Origin: Octopus sinensis
Taxonomy: Eukaryota
Direction of reading: 5' to 3'
DNA: 64,000 nt
Assembly (NCBI RefSeq): GCF_006345805.1
Contig: NC_042998.1
Span: 64,170,001-64,234,000, forward strand
In this document: positions 14,812-28,627 of the stretch, in pieces
Position numbering within the stretch: position 1 is the stretch's first letter
Layout: each line of letters starts with the position of its first letter
Notes under the pieces: model-generated
The model's input: only the letters and a program-made list of their open reading frames with translations
Database searches by the model: none
Told to the model about the DNA's origin: nothing
Made by a program: the position numbers and the translations under genes

Positions 14812-15065
14812 ACACTTTGAACATATATCTTGAATGAACTGACTTCAAACTATATATCAACTATACATGAACTCTAAGATGTCTGACTCCGTTGTGTATT
14901 ATAAATGAATTTCTTGTGTTTGACGGCATGAGCTGTCTTTTTTTATATATAACTTTTTTTGATAAGGTTCATTTCAGGAATTGAAACATGTTATAATGTA
15001 TATATAAAAATTAAAAATTGTACAATATAGCAGCATTTTCGAACTTCATTTTTTACAAATATATA
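14812..15065 (+). repeat. 3' pseudo-LTR segment matching the 5' copy
   Basis: Direct repeat of 10131-10384. Confidence 0.9.
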
Positions 15066-15075
15066 TATAATATAT

Positions 15076-15109
<34 letters not shown>

Positions 15110-15125
15110 ATATATATATATATAT

Positions 15126-15256
<131 letters not shown>

Positions 15257-16369
15257 ATGGCTTTACTAGAAGGAGGGGATTTCCATTCCCCCTCCGCCTG
15301 CCCCTTTTAGTCACCTCTTACGCCACGCAAGGAATACGGCATGGGTAGGACCCTTAAACGTGCTACAACTACGCGCCAGATTAGACCTGGGAACAATAGT
15401 GGCGAAGAGGTGGTTCCACACTTCTCAAACTCTGAAAGCAGGTGCCCACTACCGGATGTAGGTTACTGTCATAGTCAGGAAAAGATGAGGTGGGGAAGAG
15501 AGATGTAGATGTTATTTAGCCCGTATGGTCCGGGGAGAGAAAGTCGTGAGGAGGAAGTAGAAGCCGGTTGGCATCTTCTTACTTCAGTACGTCAATGGAA
15601 TTTTACCTTAACAAACAGTATTTTGACAAGCCAAATCAAGCGAGGGTTGTCACCTCCCTGCTGTAGTTCATCGGGGTTCTCTTGAACCTTGTGCTAAGTT
15701 TATAGAGGTTCTAAATTACCCAGGCATAAGAACTTCTGTAATAGATTTCGCTGGTGCATTCAAAAAGAATACAGAACAGCATTTTGGCATTATTCTTGCG
15801 ATGGAATTTGCCATAATATTGTATATTTGAGACTGATAGCTCCTCAGCAGCTGATAGCTCCATATCTCTGATGCGAGTTAATCCTTTGACATCCTCTCAC
15901 ATAATTCCGTCTGACATGTTGCTAATGAGGATAGCTGAGAGTTCGTAGCTCTAGACTACACCCTTGCATCCCGACATGCAAGTGGAAAAACTTGATTGGG
16001 GGCAGTAATAGAAAATGACAGCAAACCTACAGTAGTAAATGAATATCTATTAATCCCTTTTCGACAAAAACTACGCTGATTTAATTGCAAAAGTTATCAA
16101 AATTTGAACGAGTTGGGAATATTTCTCAAGAATCAAATGCAAAATAAATTTATATAATAATTGTGAATTTGTCTATATTAGCTAAAAAATGCTTAATAAC
16201 ATATGTTCTTCACAATTCCCAACACAATTTCCGCTCACTCTTCTGTTCGTTCACATGCTCTTGGAAAATATATCAATAATAATGGATTGCAAAACATAAT
16301 ATATAGCACAAATTAATAATTATTTATAAAATGCAAATTTATTCGAATAGAGCACTAGATATATTATTA

Positions 16370-16911
16370 TTGAGTGAGGGGGCAATTCATGCCATCAAAG
16401 TGAGACTGGGGTAAAATATACGAAGCCCAGCATACCCATCATGACTACCCGTCTGATAAGGGTACACCAGGCACATGCATCACAACGATATGTGCGCGAC
16501 ATGGTGATCTCATATCAAGATAAACAGCACATGACCTTGCAGGCGGGTCCCAGTTAGAATTATCTTCTGGGCGAGTAACCCATCCGGCTCAAAAGGTCTC
16601 TGAATAAGGGTTGTTTAATGATGTTGAACGAAACACCCATGTTTCCAGAGGTGAATTATTCAAACCCCAAAAAATCCCTCTCAACACATGGCTATGATGC
16701 TCCCCCACTCAGAGATGCACATATCGTCAGCCACTAAGCGACATGGTCAACTGGTTATGGTCAAACAACTGACAAGCAAATCTGTGGTATTGAGCAGAAT
16801 ATTTGCTGTAGCCCATCTTTTATACCAAAACAAAGCAACGTACATGATAACACTTTCAATCAGTTAAGATCACCAGCCATGAGAGCCAATGACTTGTACT
16901 GCATCAGGGCA
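16370..16911. mobile_element. ~540-bp non-coding interspersed repeat (family M) flanked by (ATT)n
   Basis: Closely similar to 20153-20686 and, inverted, to 59316-59700. Confidence 0.85.
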
Positions 16912-16986
16912 TTTTTATTATTATTATTTATTATTATATTATTATTATTATTATATTATTATTATTATTATTATTATTTATTATTA

Positions 16987-17018
<32 letters not shown>

Positions 17019-17649
17019 TATTATTATTATAGTAGTAGTAGTAGTGTAGTAGTAGTAGTAGTAGTAGTAGTATAGTAGTAGTAGTAGTATAGTAGTAGTA
17101 GTAGTAGTATCATTTTTTTGCACTTAGATAATTCGAATTAATCTTCCTCCGACTACTGCACTTGTTAGTTCAAAACAATTTTGTTCTAAATTTTACTTCA
17201 CGAATGCCAAATTTATTACTTAATTAATATGAAATGCTACGAATATTATCTCAGAAACAAAATAAAATCAAATTTTCGTAACGTTATATGATTCTTCTAA
17301 ATAGTTAGAGATCGGAATGAATTTATATGATGACTAAAGCCAAACAATTTCTAAGGTATTTAGTTCAACCTTTGATTTCATGCTGCTAGATGGCGCAATA
17401 GCATTAGTTTAATTAGATTATGCTTAAGTTTCCAGCTACTTGATGATAACATAGGAGAAATTGTCAATGAATATATTAAAGATAATATGTGTATATTTTA
17501 TCGTAGCTTAACCGAAGATTTGTTCATTAGTATCAGAATAATCCAATTGATTAACATTCCTATTCAAATTTTTCCATTATTGGTTGCATCACCAGTATCT
17601 TTTATTATTGTTATTATAATTACTATCACCATCATCATAATCATCATCG

Positions 17650-17698
<49 letters not shown>

Positions 17699-17955
17699 TA
17701 GTATAATTACTATTACTATATATGTTTCGTAATTAACAAAAGAAACAACATCGATGCTAAGATTGCAAATGTTATTGAAATCTGTTTAAAATTTCGTTTC
17801 AGGTACACGTATTTTGATGTTTCTTCTAATAATATTCATGCAGATAATGGGATATATAAAATTTATAAATGTTCAAAAACTATTTACTGCCTTGTAATTT
17901 TTGTCTCATTCTGTTAATTTAGGTATGTATATCTTTATCTATCTATCTATCTATA

Positions 17956-18022
<67 letters not shown>

Positions 18023-18046
18023 ATATCTATCTATCTATCTATCTAC

Positions 18047-18116
<70 letters not shown>

Positions 18117-18119
18117 CTA

Positions 18120-18159
<40 letters not shown>

Positions 18160-18160
18160 A

Positions 18161-18258
<98 letters not shown>

Positions 18259-18259
<1 letters not shown>

Positions 18260-18480
18260 GTGGAGGCGCAATGGCCCAGTGGTTAGGGCAGCGGACTTGC
18301 GGTCGGAGGATCGCGGTTTCGATTCCCAGACCGGGCGTTGTGTGTGTTTATTGAGCGAAAACACCTAAAAGCTCCACGAGGCTCCGGCAGGGGATGGTGG
18401 TGATCCCTGCTGTACTCTTTCACCACTCTAAAAGGCGGTGCTCCAGCATGGCCGCAGTCCAATGACTGAAGCAAGTACAA

Positions 18481-18482
<2 letters not shown>
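18259..18482 (+). mobile_element. tRNA-headed SINE (family C head) joined to the family A tail
   Basis: A-box TGGCCCAGTGG, B-box GGTTTCGATTCC; ends AAGGCGGTGCTCCAGCATGGCCGCAGTCCAATGACTGAAGCAAGTA. Confidence 0.7.
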
Positions 18483-18544
<62 letters not shown>

Positions 18545-19275
18545 ATGGATGTTCCGTACGTGTACATCTATCACTGTACTCTAGAGGAAAGAAATAATGG
18601 GGTTTGTTTAAGTACAATAGGAAACATCATGCAGCGAATTGCCCTATCTGCATATCATCAGTCCGCACTCACGTACCGCAAAGTTATACGTTGTACAACA
18701 ACAAAGCTGTATGATAAAACACCTGCACACCGCCTTTTAGCTTATGTATTCTTTTCACAAACTATAATGCCATGTTCTCTTAAACCTCCTTCTCCAGCAT
18801 TGTGTCATCCTGAACTCAATGTATTCTTAACAGAACAGCAATATATCGATATCATTTCTGTGTGTCTTTACAACAAGCTGGAACATTTCACAATTACCAA
18901 AACTCTTAATATTTGATATAACGTCATGTATTTAATCATGTTACAGCGCATTGTGTATTCTAGATAGGATTAAGTTAATAATTATTTCGATCACTTCAGT
19001 CTTAAGTGTTTGACATATAAATATCACCTACGTTACTTTTCTTATCTAATGAATGCCAAAATTTCAGATATACCTGGTATCTTGTATGTGATTAGATAAT
19101 CTCACTCAGACGTTTTAATACCAAGGATATCAGATAAGACCCATCACGTGTTTCGGATATAAAATTACATTATTTATTCTTCTTTGGTCGTCAAATGATA
19201 TTATGTTCTCTCCATAATTTCTGTGACCTTTTGACATGGCAATTATTCTGCGATACATTTTCATAAACTTTATAT

Positions 19276-19932
19276 ACAGGGTGTTTACGCTAAATTTGAC
19301 CAATTCTTGTGCCTCTTTTCTTTGGGAACAATTTGATGTATCGGCAAATATTCAGCAACGTTGGAGAGGATAAAATTAATAACATGCAAGTTTGCTGACA
19401 TGGAGGACGGGAAGCCAACTGAAGTTTAGAAAAAGCGATACTTGCATCATGGTGATTCGTGTGGGGTATGAAAACGCCGTCATCCTGACCACTGCTTCGG
19501 GTTTTGTGAAAACTGTAAAGTCTATAAGATGGAAGGGAGACAACAAGACTGTGGCCATCAGGAAGGGACACAGCAAGCGTTCTCCTTTCGTCCACAACCC
19601 TGATTAAATATAACAGCTGATGAACAGAGACAGTTGATGAATCAGATGGCTTTGTGAAGCTGTTGGAGAGTGCAGTCACACCGAAATTGGAGAATATTGC
19701 TGTTGGAAGGCCATATGTGTAAGAAAAGGATTCGGCTTCTTGCTATGCTTCCCGAAAGAATCAGAAATTGTTACTGCAGAATTAATTTCTACGACTTTAT
19801 CAGCTCCAATTTCTGGCCTAATTCCATCGATTTTAATCCTGTAGACTGGTATGTATGTGACACGGTTAAGAAAGATACCAAAAGCCAGCTCTACCTTCAA
19901 TCGCAACGCTGAGCGAGCGGTCAAACACATGG
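19276..19932 (+). mobile_element. Tc1/mariner remnant
   Basis: Begins TA-CAGGGTG (Tc1-type terminus); encodes NFWPNSIDFNPVDWYV, similar to WP.NSPD.NP.DY. Confidence 0.65.
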
Positions 19933-19936
19933 AGGC

Positions 19937-20826
19937 TATTTACATTATTTAGATTTGTCAGATATTTATCCTCATCTTGTTTGTTTTCAACTCAACGTTT
20001 CGGCTGATTTACCCTCCTCCAAGTTTCATCAGCTGTCTTGGGGAAATTTCGAACTTTGGTTCTCATTCTGAACGTATTTTCGATGCTATTATATTATTAT
20101 TATATTATTATTATTATTATTATTATTATTATCATTATTATTATTATTATCATTGAGTGAGAGAGCAGTTCATGCCATCAAAGTGACACTGAGGTAAAAT
20201 ATACGAAGCCCAATATACCCATCATGACTACCCGTCTGATAAAGGTACACCAGGCACATGCATCACAACCATATGTGCGCGACATGGTGATCTCATATCA
20301 AGATAAACAGCACATGACCTTGCAGGTGGGGCCCAGTTAGAATTTTCTTCATTTTGAGTAGCCCATCCTGCTCAAACGGTCCCTGAATAAGGGTTGTTTA
20401 AGGATGTTGAAAGAACCACCCATGTTCCAGAGGTGAACTATTCAAACCCCAAAGAATCCCTCTCAACACATGGCTATGATGCTCCCCCACTACTTCTGCT
20501 CGTGATCAGAGATGCACATATCGTCAGCCACTAAGGGGCATGCTCAACTGGTTAAGGTCAAACAACTGACAAGCAAATCTGTGGTATTGAGCAGAATATT
20601 TGCTGTAGCCCATCTTTTATACCAAGACAAAACAATGTACACGATAACACTTCCAATCAGTTAAGATCAGAAGCCATGAGAGCCACTTCTTCTTATTATT
20701 ATTATATTACTATTATTATTTATATTATTATTATTATCATCATTATTATTCAGGTCACTGCTTGGAATCGAACTCGTAATCAAGGGGTTAGTAGCACGCG
20801 CTCTTTACCACAATGCCGTATCCGTG
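19937..20826 (-). mobile_element. tRNA-head/(AAT)n/hammerhead-tail SINE (family S) with nested family M repeat
   Basis: Head 20751-20826 matches 59044-59120; tail 19937-20087 matches 59785-59940, including CTGATGAA...cagccGAAACGTT. Confidence 0.75.
20153..20686. mobile_element. Family M repeat
   Basis: Same sequence as 16370-16911, flanked by (ATT)n. Confidence 0.85.
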
Positions 20827-21077
20827 AAATATAAATAATTTAAATAATGTACATAATTTCTTACCGCTTAAATATAGAACTGAACGTGGAGACATTCGAC
20901 GATATTCCCAGGGATAGAGTGAGGAACGCATGTTTCTCATTCCAGAGCTGTTTTGATGCCACGTTGAAAGATGAATTATATTTTTTGACTTTTTAAAACA
21001 CCTTCCTTTTTGTATGGGAATATAGGACGTTGAGGTTTCCTTTCCTTTTAAGCAAACCAACAAATCTAGCCGGAACA

Positions 21078-21169
<92 letters not shown>

Positions 21170-21173
<4 letters not shown>

Positions 21174-21668
21174 GAGGGCATTATTACACATAAATGCAGC
21201 ACGCTAGGAGGGACTTTTAAAGTCAAATCTACCAAAATAAACAAATCGTACCGAATGCAATTATCGAAGCGAGTCATTTAAAACAGAATTTAGTTGCAGA
21301 TCACCTGTGATTTCACAATCAATGCATTATGTGCATTCCTTGCTCGTCAGTACAACGAATTCAAGATACCAGACGGACAACCGTCGTATCCACCGCAGCA
21401 TATATGACTGTTCACCCCTACACATCTATGTAAATGGCGGGCTTTTAGAATTGCAATTAGGTAACAACGTGCTTCTACGGAACAAAAATTCAGTATTGAA
21501 TTGTTCCGGTGAAATATATAAATTTAAAATTTAAAAATAGGATAAAATCTTCATAAGAAATTATCAGGTAATTAGCGTGAAAAAGCTCATAAGCTCATTA
21601 TGAGCTTTTTCACGCTAACTACCTGATAATTTCTTATGAAGATTTTATCTTATTTTTAAATTTTAATT

Positions 21669-21670
<2 letters not shown>
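21170..21670 (-). mobile_element. ~500-bp non-coding hammerhead element (family H2) with terminal palindrome, in (TA)n
   Basis: Hammerhead at 21293-21356; near-perfect inverted repeat 21519-21670. Confidence 0.75.
21293..21356 (-). ncRNA. Type I hammerhead ribozyme, canonical core
   Basis: Minus strand: gttgta CTGACGA gcaa-gg-aatgca(cataa)tgcatt-ga-ttgt GAAA tcac(ag)gtga TC^ tgcaac; all three stems pair. Confidence 0.85.
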
Positions 21671-21699
<29 letters not shown>

Positions 21700-21714
21700 G
21701 GACCGTGGTAAGAT

Positions 21715-21795
<81 letters not shown>

Positions 21796-21831
21796 AGAGA
21801 GAGAGAGATGTATATATGTATGTATGTATGA

Positions 21832-23001
21832 CGGTATGATATGCCACAACCTCGTGATTTTGGGATAGCTGGAAAACTTGGAGTGTAGTTACGTGACTTT
21901 CTGAAAGATAGAATTCAGACAGTAGTGGCCAATGGCGCGACGTTAATGAAAACACAAATAGTGAGCGGTGTTCCACAGGGCACTGTCTTTGTGGCCCTCT
22001 CTGATATGCCCTCAACTGCCCGGATATCAACCCTTGCTAGCTACCTAGACGATACGAAAGTCTCGCAGAAAATACAGAACCCCGGCGATGTTGTACATCT
22101 GCAGCAGCAGTTGGACTCAATTTACAGAAGGACTGAGCATAATAATATGCGGTTTAATGCTGAAAAATTCCTAGACTTGCAATACCAGCGTCCAAAACTA
22201 AATATGAAACTTAGAGGGTACACTTGTCCAAAGGAATTACAATCCCAAGGCCTAAATCAGTGAGGGACCTGGGTATCAACATGAGTGATGATACCCTTTT
22301 CCAAGTGTACATCACCAGGATGGCGACAAAGTGCAGACAACTGCCTGGATGGATCCTAAGAACATTCAAACCCAGAGATAAGGAAAGCATGATAGTCCTC
22401 TGGAGGAGATTTGCCCTCAGCCGCCTGGATTACTGCTCCCACCCATGGTCATCCAACAGTGTAAAAATTTATGCGGATCTTGAAGCAATTCAGCGAAGCC
22501 TCACAAAGAAGATCGTTTCTTTGCAACAGCTCAGCTACTGGGATTGGCTGAAACAGTTAAGACTCAACTCAATGGAGCGAAGGTGAGAGAGTATGCAGTA
22601 ATATATATCTGAAAGATCTTGAAAGGAATTGTGCCAAATTTTGGCATTGAAAGCTATACCAGTGCCAGAATCGGTCGACACTGCATAGTGCCAAACATCC
22701 CATCAATGCCGTCGCGCTTCAGGACAAGTTACTGCAAGAGCCTGTGTTTCAGGGGCCCACAGCTTTTTAATATTCTCCCAAAGAGCCTGAGAAATCTCCA
22801 TAAAGTGGATGTTGACATTTTAAAATCAAGGTTGGACCTCTCCCTGTCAAGAATCCCAGATGAACCTACCTCACGACAAGAGGTGAAAATGAGGGAAGCT
22901 ACATCAAACTCCATTCTACACGAAGGAAGATCTTAGTAATAAAAGTGTAGCATAAGGACAGTACTCCAGCATGGCCACAGCTATGAGCTGAAACTACAAA
23001 A
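21832..23001 (+). mobile_element. 5'-truncated CR1/L2-group LINE (RT C-terminal half and 3' UTR), degenerate
   Basis: SGVPQGTV, SYLDDTKV, NNMRFNAEKF, VRDLGI, GWILRTF, SRLDYCS motifs with stops and frameshifts. Confidence 0.85.
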
Positions 23002-24607
23002 ATATATATGTATGTGTGTATGTAATATTTGATGTAAATATTTATTTGTGAAAAATATACAGAATTGACTTCCATAATTACACGAAATGATTTCATTATA
23101 TGTTATAGGCATACAGTACCATATTATAAGCGTTTGTAAGATTCTACGCAAAAGCTTTCACAGAAAATATATATTCCAAAATATTTTCAACAGATTAAAT
23201 ACACGACCTGTTGTTTTCAGTTCTTGTTTGAAATTCGAATTTAATTTGAATAGATATTCAAAGATTATAAATTATATATGTAATTATGTATTACCTCCTG
23301 ATTTTTCCAAGCCGTTTTCCAGTAAAGTTTATTGTCAATAATACTAGCAAGAATATATTTTAATTTAAATAATCTATAATTCAGTGTCAACTACTAATTA
23401 TTGTAGAATATTAGATTATTATTGCAATATCGCCTACTACAAATCGAAATCAGTTTCGGTTCGTTGACAATTCTAGCATTCTATCATATACTTGATGCAT
23501 TCACTGTAATACCTTAAAGGTCGCATACATATTTCTCCTTCTGACATGAGGAAGCACATAAAGAAGGCATAAATGTGAACTGTATGTTTATTAAATGTGC
23601 ACGAAAATGCGAGATGAAGTCACTGGTTTGTGAGAGAACATGAAACACTACAACCAAATTATGTCCGTATTGATTCCATACGCATTGCCGTAATGAATAA
23701 AGATTAAACGCTGTAGCAGAATGTAAATCGGTGTTATACGAAATCTTTGCAGCTAAATTTATATTATGTCAGTTTTCCTCATGGTCATCGCATTCATAAA
23801 TGAAAGGATAACGCTTCCTTTGTAAGCCAAACTGACATCACTAATATTACCTCCCTTAGATAAGCTCTTTTTCTCTTTTTTTATAGTATGGTATTTTTAT
23901 TTTATAGCCATAAGTGTGGAGATAAAAGCGGTGTGTTCTCATTCAATTCCATTACTCATAAATACGCTTATGTACGTAAATCTTTCTCCGGCGATAACGT
24001 TAGGGGAAAGCATGTATAAAATAATTATCTATATTGATGCTGTAACAAAAGATACATTACCTGATCAGTTAAGAAACTAAACGTATTTCCAGAACTTTTG
24101 ATATTCTAAGTTTAACGAAATTAATACCTATTAATATGAAAGATGCCATTAACCCTTTGTTATAGCTGCTTATTGTGACTATCAGGTTAAAGTTACATGC
24201 TTATAAATGGCATAGTAAAGCCATAGGGCATTGCTTTCCGGAAAAATGGCTGCTCCTTTCATTTAGCCACTTAAAAGAGTTACAGTCCTACACGCTATGT
24301 AAGCGTCACGTCTGTTCAAAAGTGTTGCTCAAAATATGAATTTTCTTATGCATTAGTGTATTGCATGGCATACCATGTAGAAAACTTAGACTCCCATAGA
24401 TTTTTCTTTAACATCAGAATATTTGATATATTATGACCTAGCATAAGTACGCTGTGACACACGAGAATTTTAATAACGTAACATTTGACTTTAGGATGTG
24501 ATCTGAGAGAGAGTTGTTAGCACTATTAATTTAAGAATACAGACGTTGTCACATATACATACAAACATGCATAGATACATACACACACATACACACTCGT
24601 GTATGTA

Positions 24608-24643
<36 letters not shown>

Positions 24644-25141
24644 AGCGTACACAAAGTACATATTAGGTAAATCAGAATGGTTTCAGATATGGTTTTGTCG
24701 ATCAGGTCGAGATATCAGTTTGTGGCTTTCTCCTTAAGTCATAATTACAGATAAAAAAATTAACGTTAAATATATAATTGTATCCTGTTTATTTTACAGT
24801 AAGATACAATGCAGAGGGTGCCCATTCACGCATGCATACCATTAGCTGTATGAGGTAACTGAAAATTAGTTTGGATTATATTTGTAGCAGTCGAAGCTAA
24901 GTATAGTCCCAGGCCATAGCAACAATATAGATACATGCCTTGACTTATTTGAATAGCTGTAGAAAATTGTGTTTTGAGAGAGATGCAATGAACAAGATAT
25001 TTGCATGCGTACATAAATACAACCAGTACGAATATGAGTTCCTAAGTTTAATATACATAAAATTTGGAGATAGATCAACATTTAGCGTTCGCAATGCGAT
25101 TAGGTATATCACTTTAAGAATGGTATTGAAATGCATTACTG

Positions 25142-25220
<79 letters not shown>

Positions 25221-26187
25221 CAGCATGGCGTATGGCTGATGAAACTGTACATAAGTTCTGCGGATGCTTTTATGGTTTCTAAATATATTTGATGACACAT
25301 GCATGTACATCTCATGTTTTACTATTGGAGGGAAGTTGCATGGCTTTATGTTGCAATACAATTACTTTCACTTTTGATTTGCGTTGTAAATAATTTGAAT
25401 AATCAAATATTTCTTCGTTATTGTATTATATATCAATTTAGATTGCAAAATTTCTGGTAGATTCGAAGACTGAAAATTTTAGGTTTACTCTCATCAAATA
25501 CTCTTCTTCGTATTTATAGATTATTCGCATTAATCTAAAATGTATGAAGTTAATTTGTGGAGAATACAAACGCCGTTGTTCGTGAAATGAAATCAAATAG
25601 ACACGTAATACCTTCTCATATGTTAGTTATTCATGTTAACTAACATATGACATTTATTTAGACGGTATTAATCATAGACATCATTGTTAAGTTCAGCACA
25701 TTTGCTGGGGAAACCTTTGATAATCTGAGTTCATGTTATATATTATTTATATTATTTGAAAGTTTGTTTTCTCATTTTGAAATGTAAGACCATTTCTAAT
25801 TAAGTAAGTAAATAATTAACCGATAGCGGAGTTGAAATAATTATATCTATAGCTATATATACGATCTCATTCATATAAAATTAACGTAGTTTGCAAATTG
25901 GAGATAATGACAGGCATGTGTAATGCTTCTCTTATATACATAATCATTTACTTCGTTAATTAATTATGTCTATGTCTGTACATTCTGTCATTTCGCACAC
26001 TATTGTGTTCCGAAACAATATATTACTTCCATCGCTACACATTCATTTTGATACGATTTTCTGTAGGAATAATTTCCACAAAAAGTCACCAAAATATTGT
26101 TTCCAAAAATAAATTATTAATCCCTTACTAGGAAATATTTCCGTTAATTTATATTTTAATAATAGAAATTTTCAATGGAATGCACTT

Positions 26188-26415
26188 TAAAGCGACGAGA
26201 TCGTTAGCACGCCGGACGAAATGCTTTGCGTTATTTCGTCTGCTGTTACGTTTTGAGTTCAAATTGATCCGAGGTCAACTTTGCCTTTCATCCTTTCTGA
26301 GTCGATAAACTAAGTAGCACTTACGCTCTGGGGTCAATGTAATCGATTTAATCCATGTGTCTGTCCTTGTTTGTCCCCTCTATGTTTAGACCATTGTAGG
26401 CAGTAAAGAAATAAG
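26188..26415 (+). mobile_element. SINE family B
   Basis: CGTTAGCACGCCGGACGAAATGC...GAGTTCAAATT...CTTTGCCTTTCATCCTTTC.G.GTCGATAAA. Confidence 0.8.
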
Positions 26416-27022
26416 AGTGCACTCTCAAAGAATGTAATATGTTGAACTCTAAGGTTCGCATATAAACTACATGCCTTTATATTTAGAGATTATCACACAG
26501 GCATTTCAAGAGTATGTTACGAGCTCCTGATTTATGTCGACACAGGCAACAATACACGCATGCAGATACAGAAGTACTCACATCTTCTGATCGACACACA
26601 TACATAGAGAGCGATAGAGAGACAGGAAGACAGACATACAGAGACCCCCATACACACGCACGCACTCACACAGTTTATCATTGCGTCAGATTAAACGAAT
26701 GGACACCCTATAGTCAATATTATATCCGCTAGATAAGCATGTTGGTCATTGGTGATTTGTTTTCAGTGGTGAATGCTTGTATAAGAGTGTATATACGTTT
26801 AGAAACGATGACAGCAGAAAGTCGGTACAAATATTTTCCACAAACTCAGTGAACATCACATTTTTCTATTAGAGTACTCTGTCTCATGGTGTAGTTGCCT
26901 TCATAATAGCTTAAAGTCCAACTCATCCTGGTAGGCTAAGTGCGCAGCTGTCCACCAAACGAGGCACGATTGAAAAGATGAAAGTCGATCTCGTTGAAAA
27001 TTGAACTCACAACGTACGGAGA

Positions 27023-27236
27023 TGGCTTCAAATTTTGCCACAAAGACAGCAATTTTGGTGGAGGGGATGAGTCGATTACATCGACCCCAGCGTTCGTCTA
27101 GTACTATTTTTATTGACCTTTAAAAGATAAAAGACAACGACGACCTCGGCGGAATTTAAACTCAGAACGTAGCGACTGGTGAATTACCGCTAAGTGTTTC
27201 GTCCAGCGCGCTGACGACTCTGCCAGCTCGCCGTAC
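27023..27236 (-). mobile_element. SINE family B
   Basis: Reverse complement of the family B consensus seen at 28628 and 30323. Confidence 0.75.
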
Positions 27237-27306
27237 GGCATACTAACCACTCTGCGAGCTAAGTGTTTTAGATACTTATAATGATGATATATACATACAT
27301 ACATAC

Positions 27307-27329
<23 letters not shown>

Positions 27330-27364
<35 letters not shown>

Positions 27365-27375
27365 TGTGTGTGTGT

Positions 27376-27418
<43 letters not shown>

Positions 27419-27801
27419 CATACTGAATGTCGTTGTTTATATAAACTATATTCACATGTTATTATTTTTCAATCCAAAGATTTCTGATATTTGTCAATTT
27501 ACCAACTGCGCTTCTGGCTTATTCTTTTCCGGACTATGAAATAAGTACAAGTTGAGTAACGTATTAAATCATTTTACTCCTCCCTTGAAAGCATTGGTCT
27601 TGTGCTAAACGCTGAGACCAATATTCTTCTAATGTCTTTCCCTCCTATCTCACTACTTTTCTCTTCTCGCACCTCTCCTTCTCCCTCTATATCGCTTATA
27701 TATATATGTATCTATATATACATACATATGTGTGTGTGCGCATGTGTGCATGTGTGTGCATATATCTGTTTATATTGGGGTACATGTATAGACATATACA
27801 C

Positions 27802-27859
<58 letters not shown>

Positions 27860-28312
27860 TGTGTGTGTGTGTGTATGTGTGTGGTGTGTGTGGTGTGTGT
27901 GTGTGTGCGCGCGCATACTGAATGTCGTTGTTTATATAAACTATATTCACATGTTTATTATTTTTCAATCCAAAGATTTCTGATATTTGTCAATTTACCA
28001 ACTGCGCTTCTGGCTTATTCTTTTCCGGACTATGAAATAAGTACAAGTTGAGTAACGTATTAAATCATTTTACTCCTCCCTTGAAAGCATTGGTCTTGTG
28101 CTAAACGCTGAGACCAATATTCTTCTAATGTCTTTCCCTCCTATCTCACTACTTTTCTCTTCTCGCACCTCTCCTTCTCCCTCTATATCGCTTATATATA
28201 TATGTATCTATATATACATACATATGTGTGTGTGCGCATGTGTGCATGTGTGTGCATATATCTGTTTATATTGGGGTACATGTATAGACATATACACATA
28301 AATATATATATA
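27330..28312. repeat. Tandem duplication, period ~495 bp
   Basis: 27421 TACTGAATGTCGTTG... recurs at 27916 almost identically; boundaries lie in microsatellites. Confidence 0.9.
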
Positions 28313-28627
28313 TACGTAGGTATATGCATAAATGTATGTATAATTTTATATATATGCGCGTGTGTGTTTTTGTGTTTGTAAGTGTGTTTGCATGCATGTG
28401 TATGTTTGTTTGTGTGTGTGTCAGTGTGTGTGCGCATGTAATTATATCTACATATATAGTTAGATGAGATGCAAAATGGGAAATAATAAAACTTCCATTT
28501 CAACGAGATAATTGTGAAATCTATCCGTTGATATAATCGCATTAAGAACTGGAATCTATATATACTGTCCTTTTGTTTTTTTTTATATATTGCTTCATCC
28601 GTAGTTTTCATTATTCCTAAATACATA

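Larger units (their letters stand above)
10131..15065 (+). mobile_element. Penelope-like retroelement (EN+, C-terminal GIY-YIG, Neptune-like), near full length
   Basis: RT motifs SFDVVNLYSNI, GTAMGTRTAPSFANL, RYLDDCF, LPFLDI; GIY-YIG NLIYVITC..C..QYIGHT with upstream CxxxxCxxC; direct terminal repeats; ends in (TA)n. Confidence 0.93.

Noticed and set aside
10131-15065. LTR retrotransposon, suggested by the direct repeats
   Set aside because: No TG..CA ends, gag, protease or integrase; the RT and GIY-YIG motifs are Penelope-type
16445-16480. CTGATAAG in family M and CTGACGA at ~1474-1480 (minus) as hammerhead cores
   Set aside because: No stem II followed by GAAA and no closing stem I
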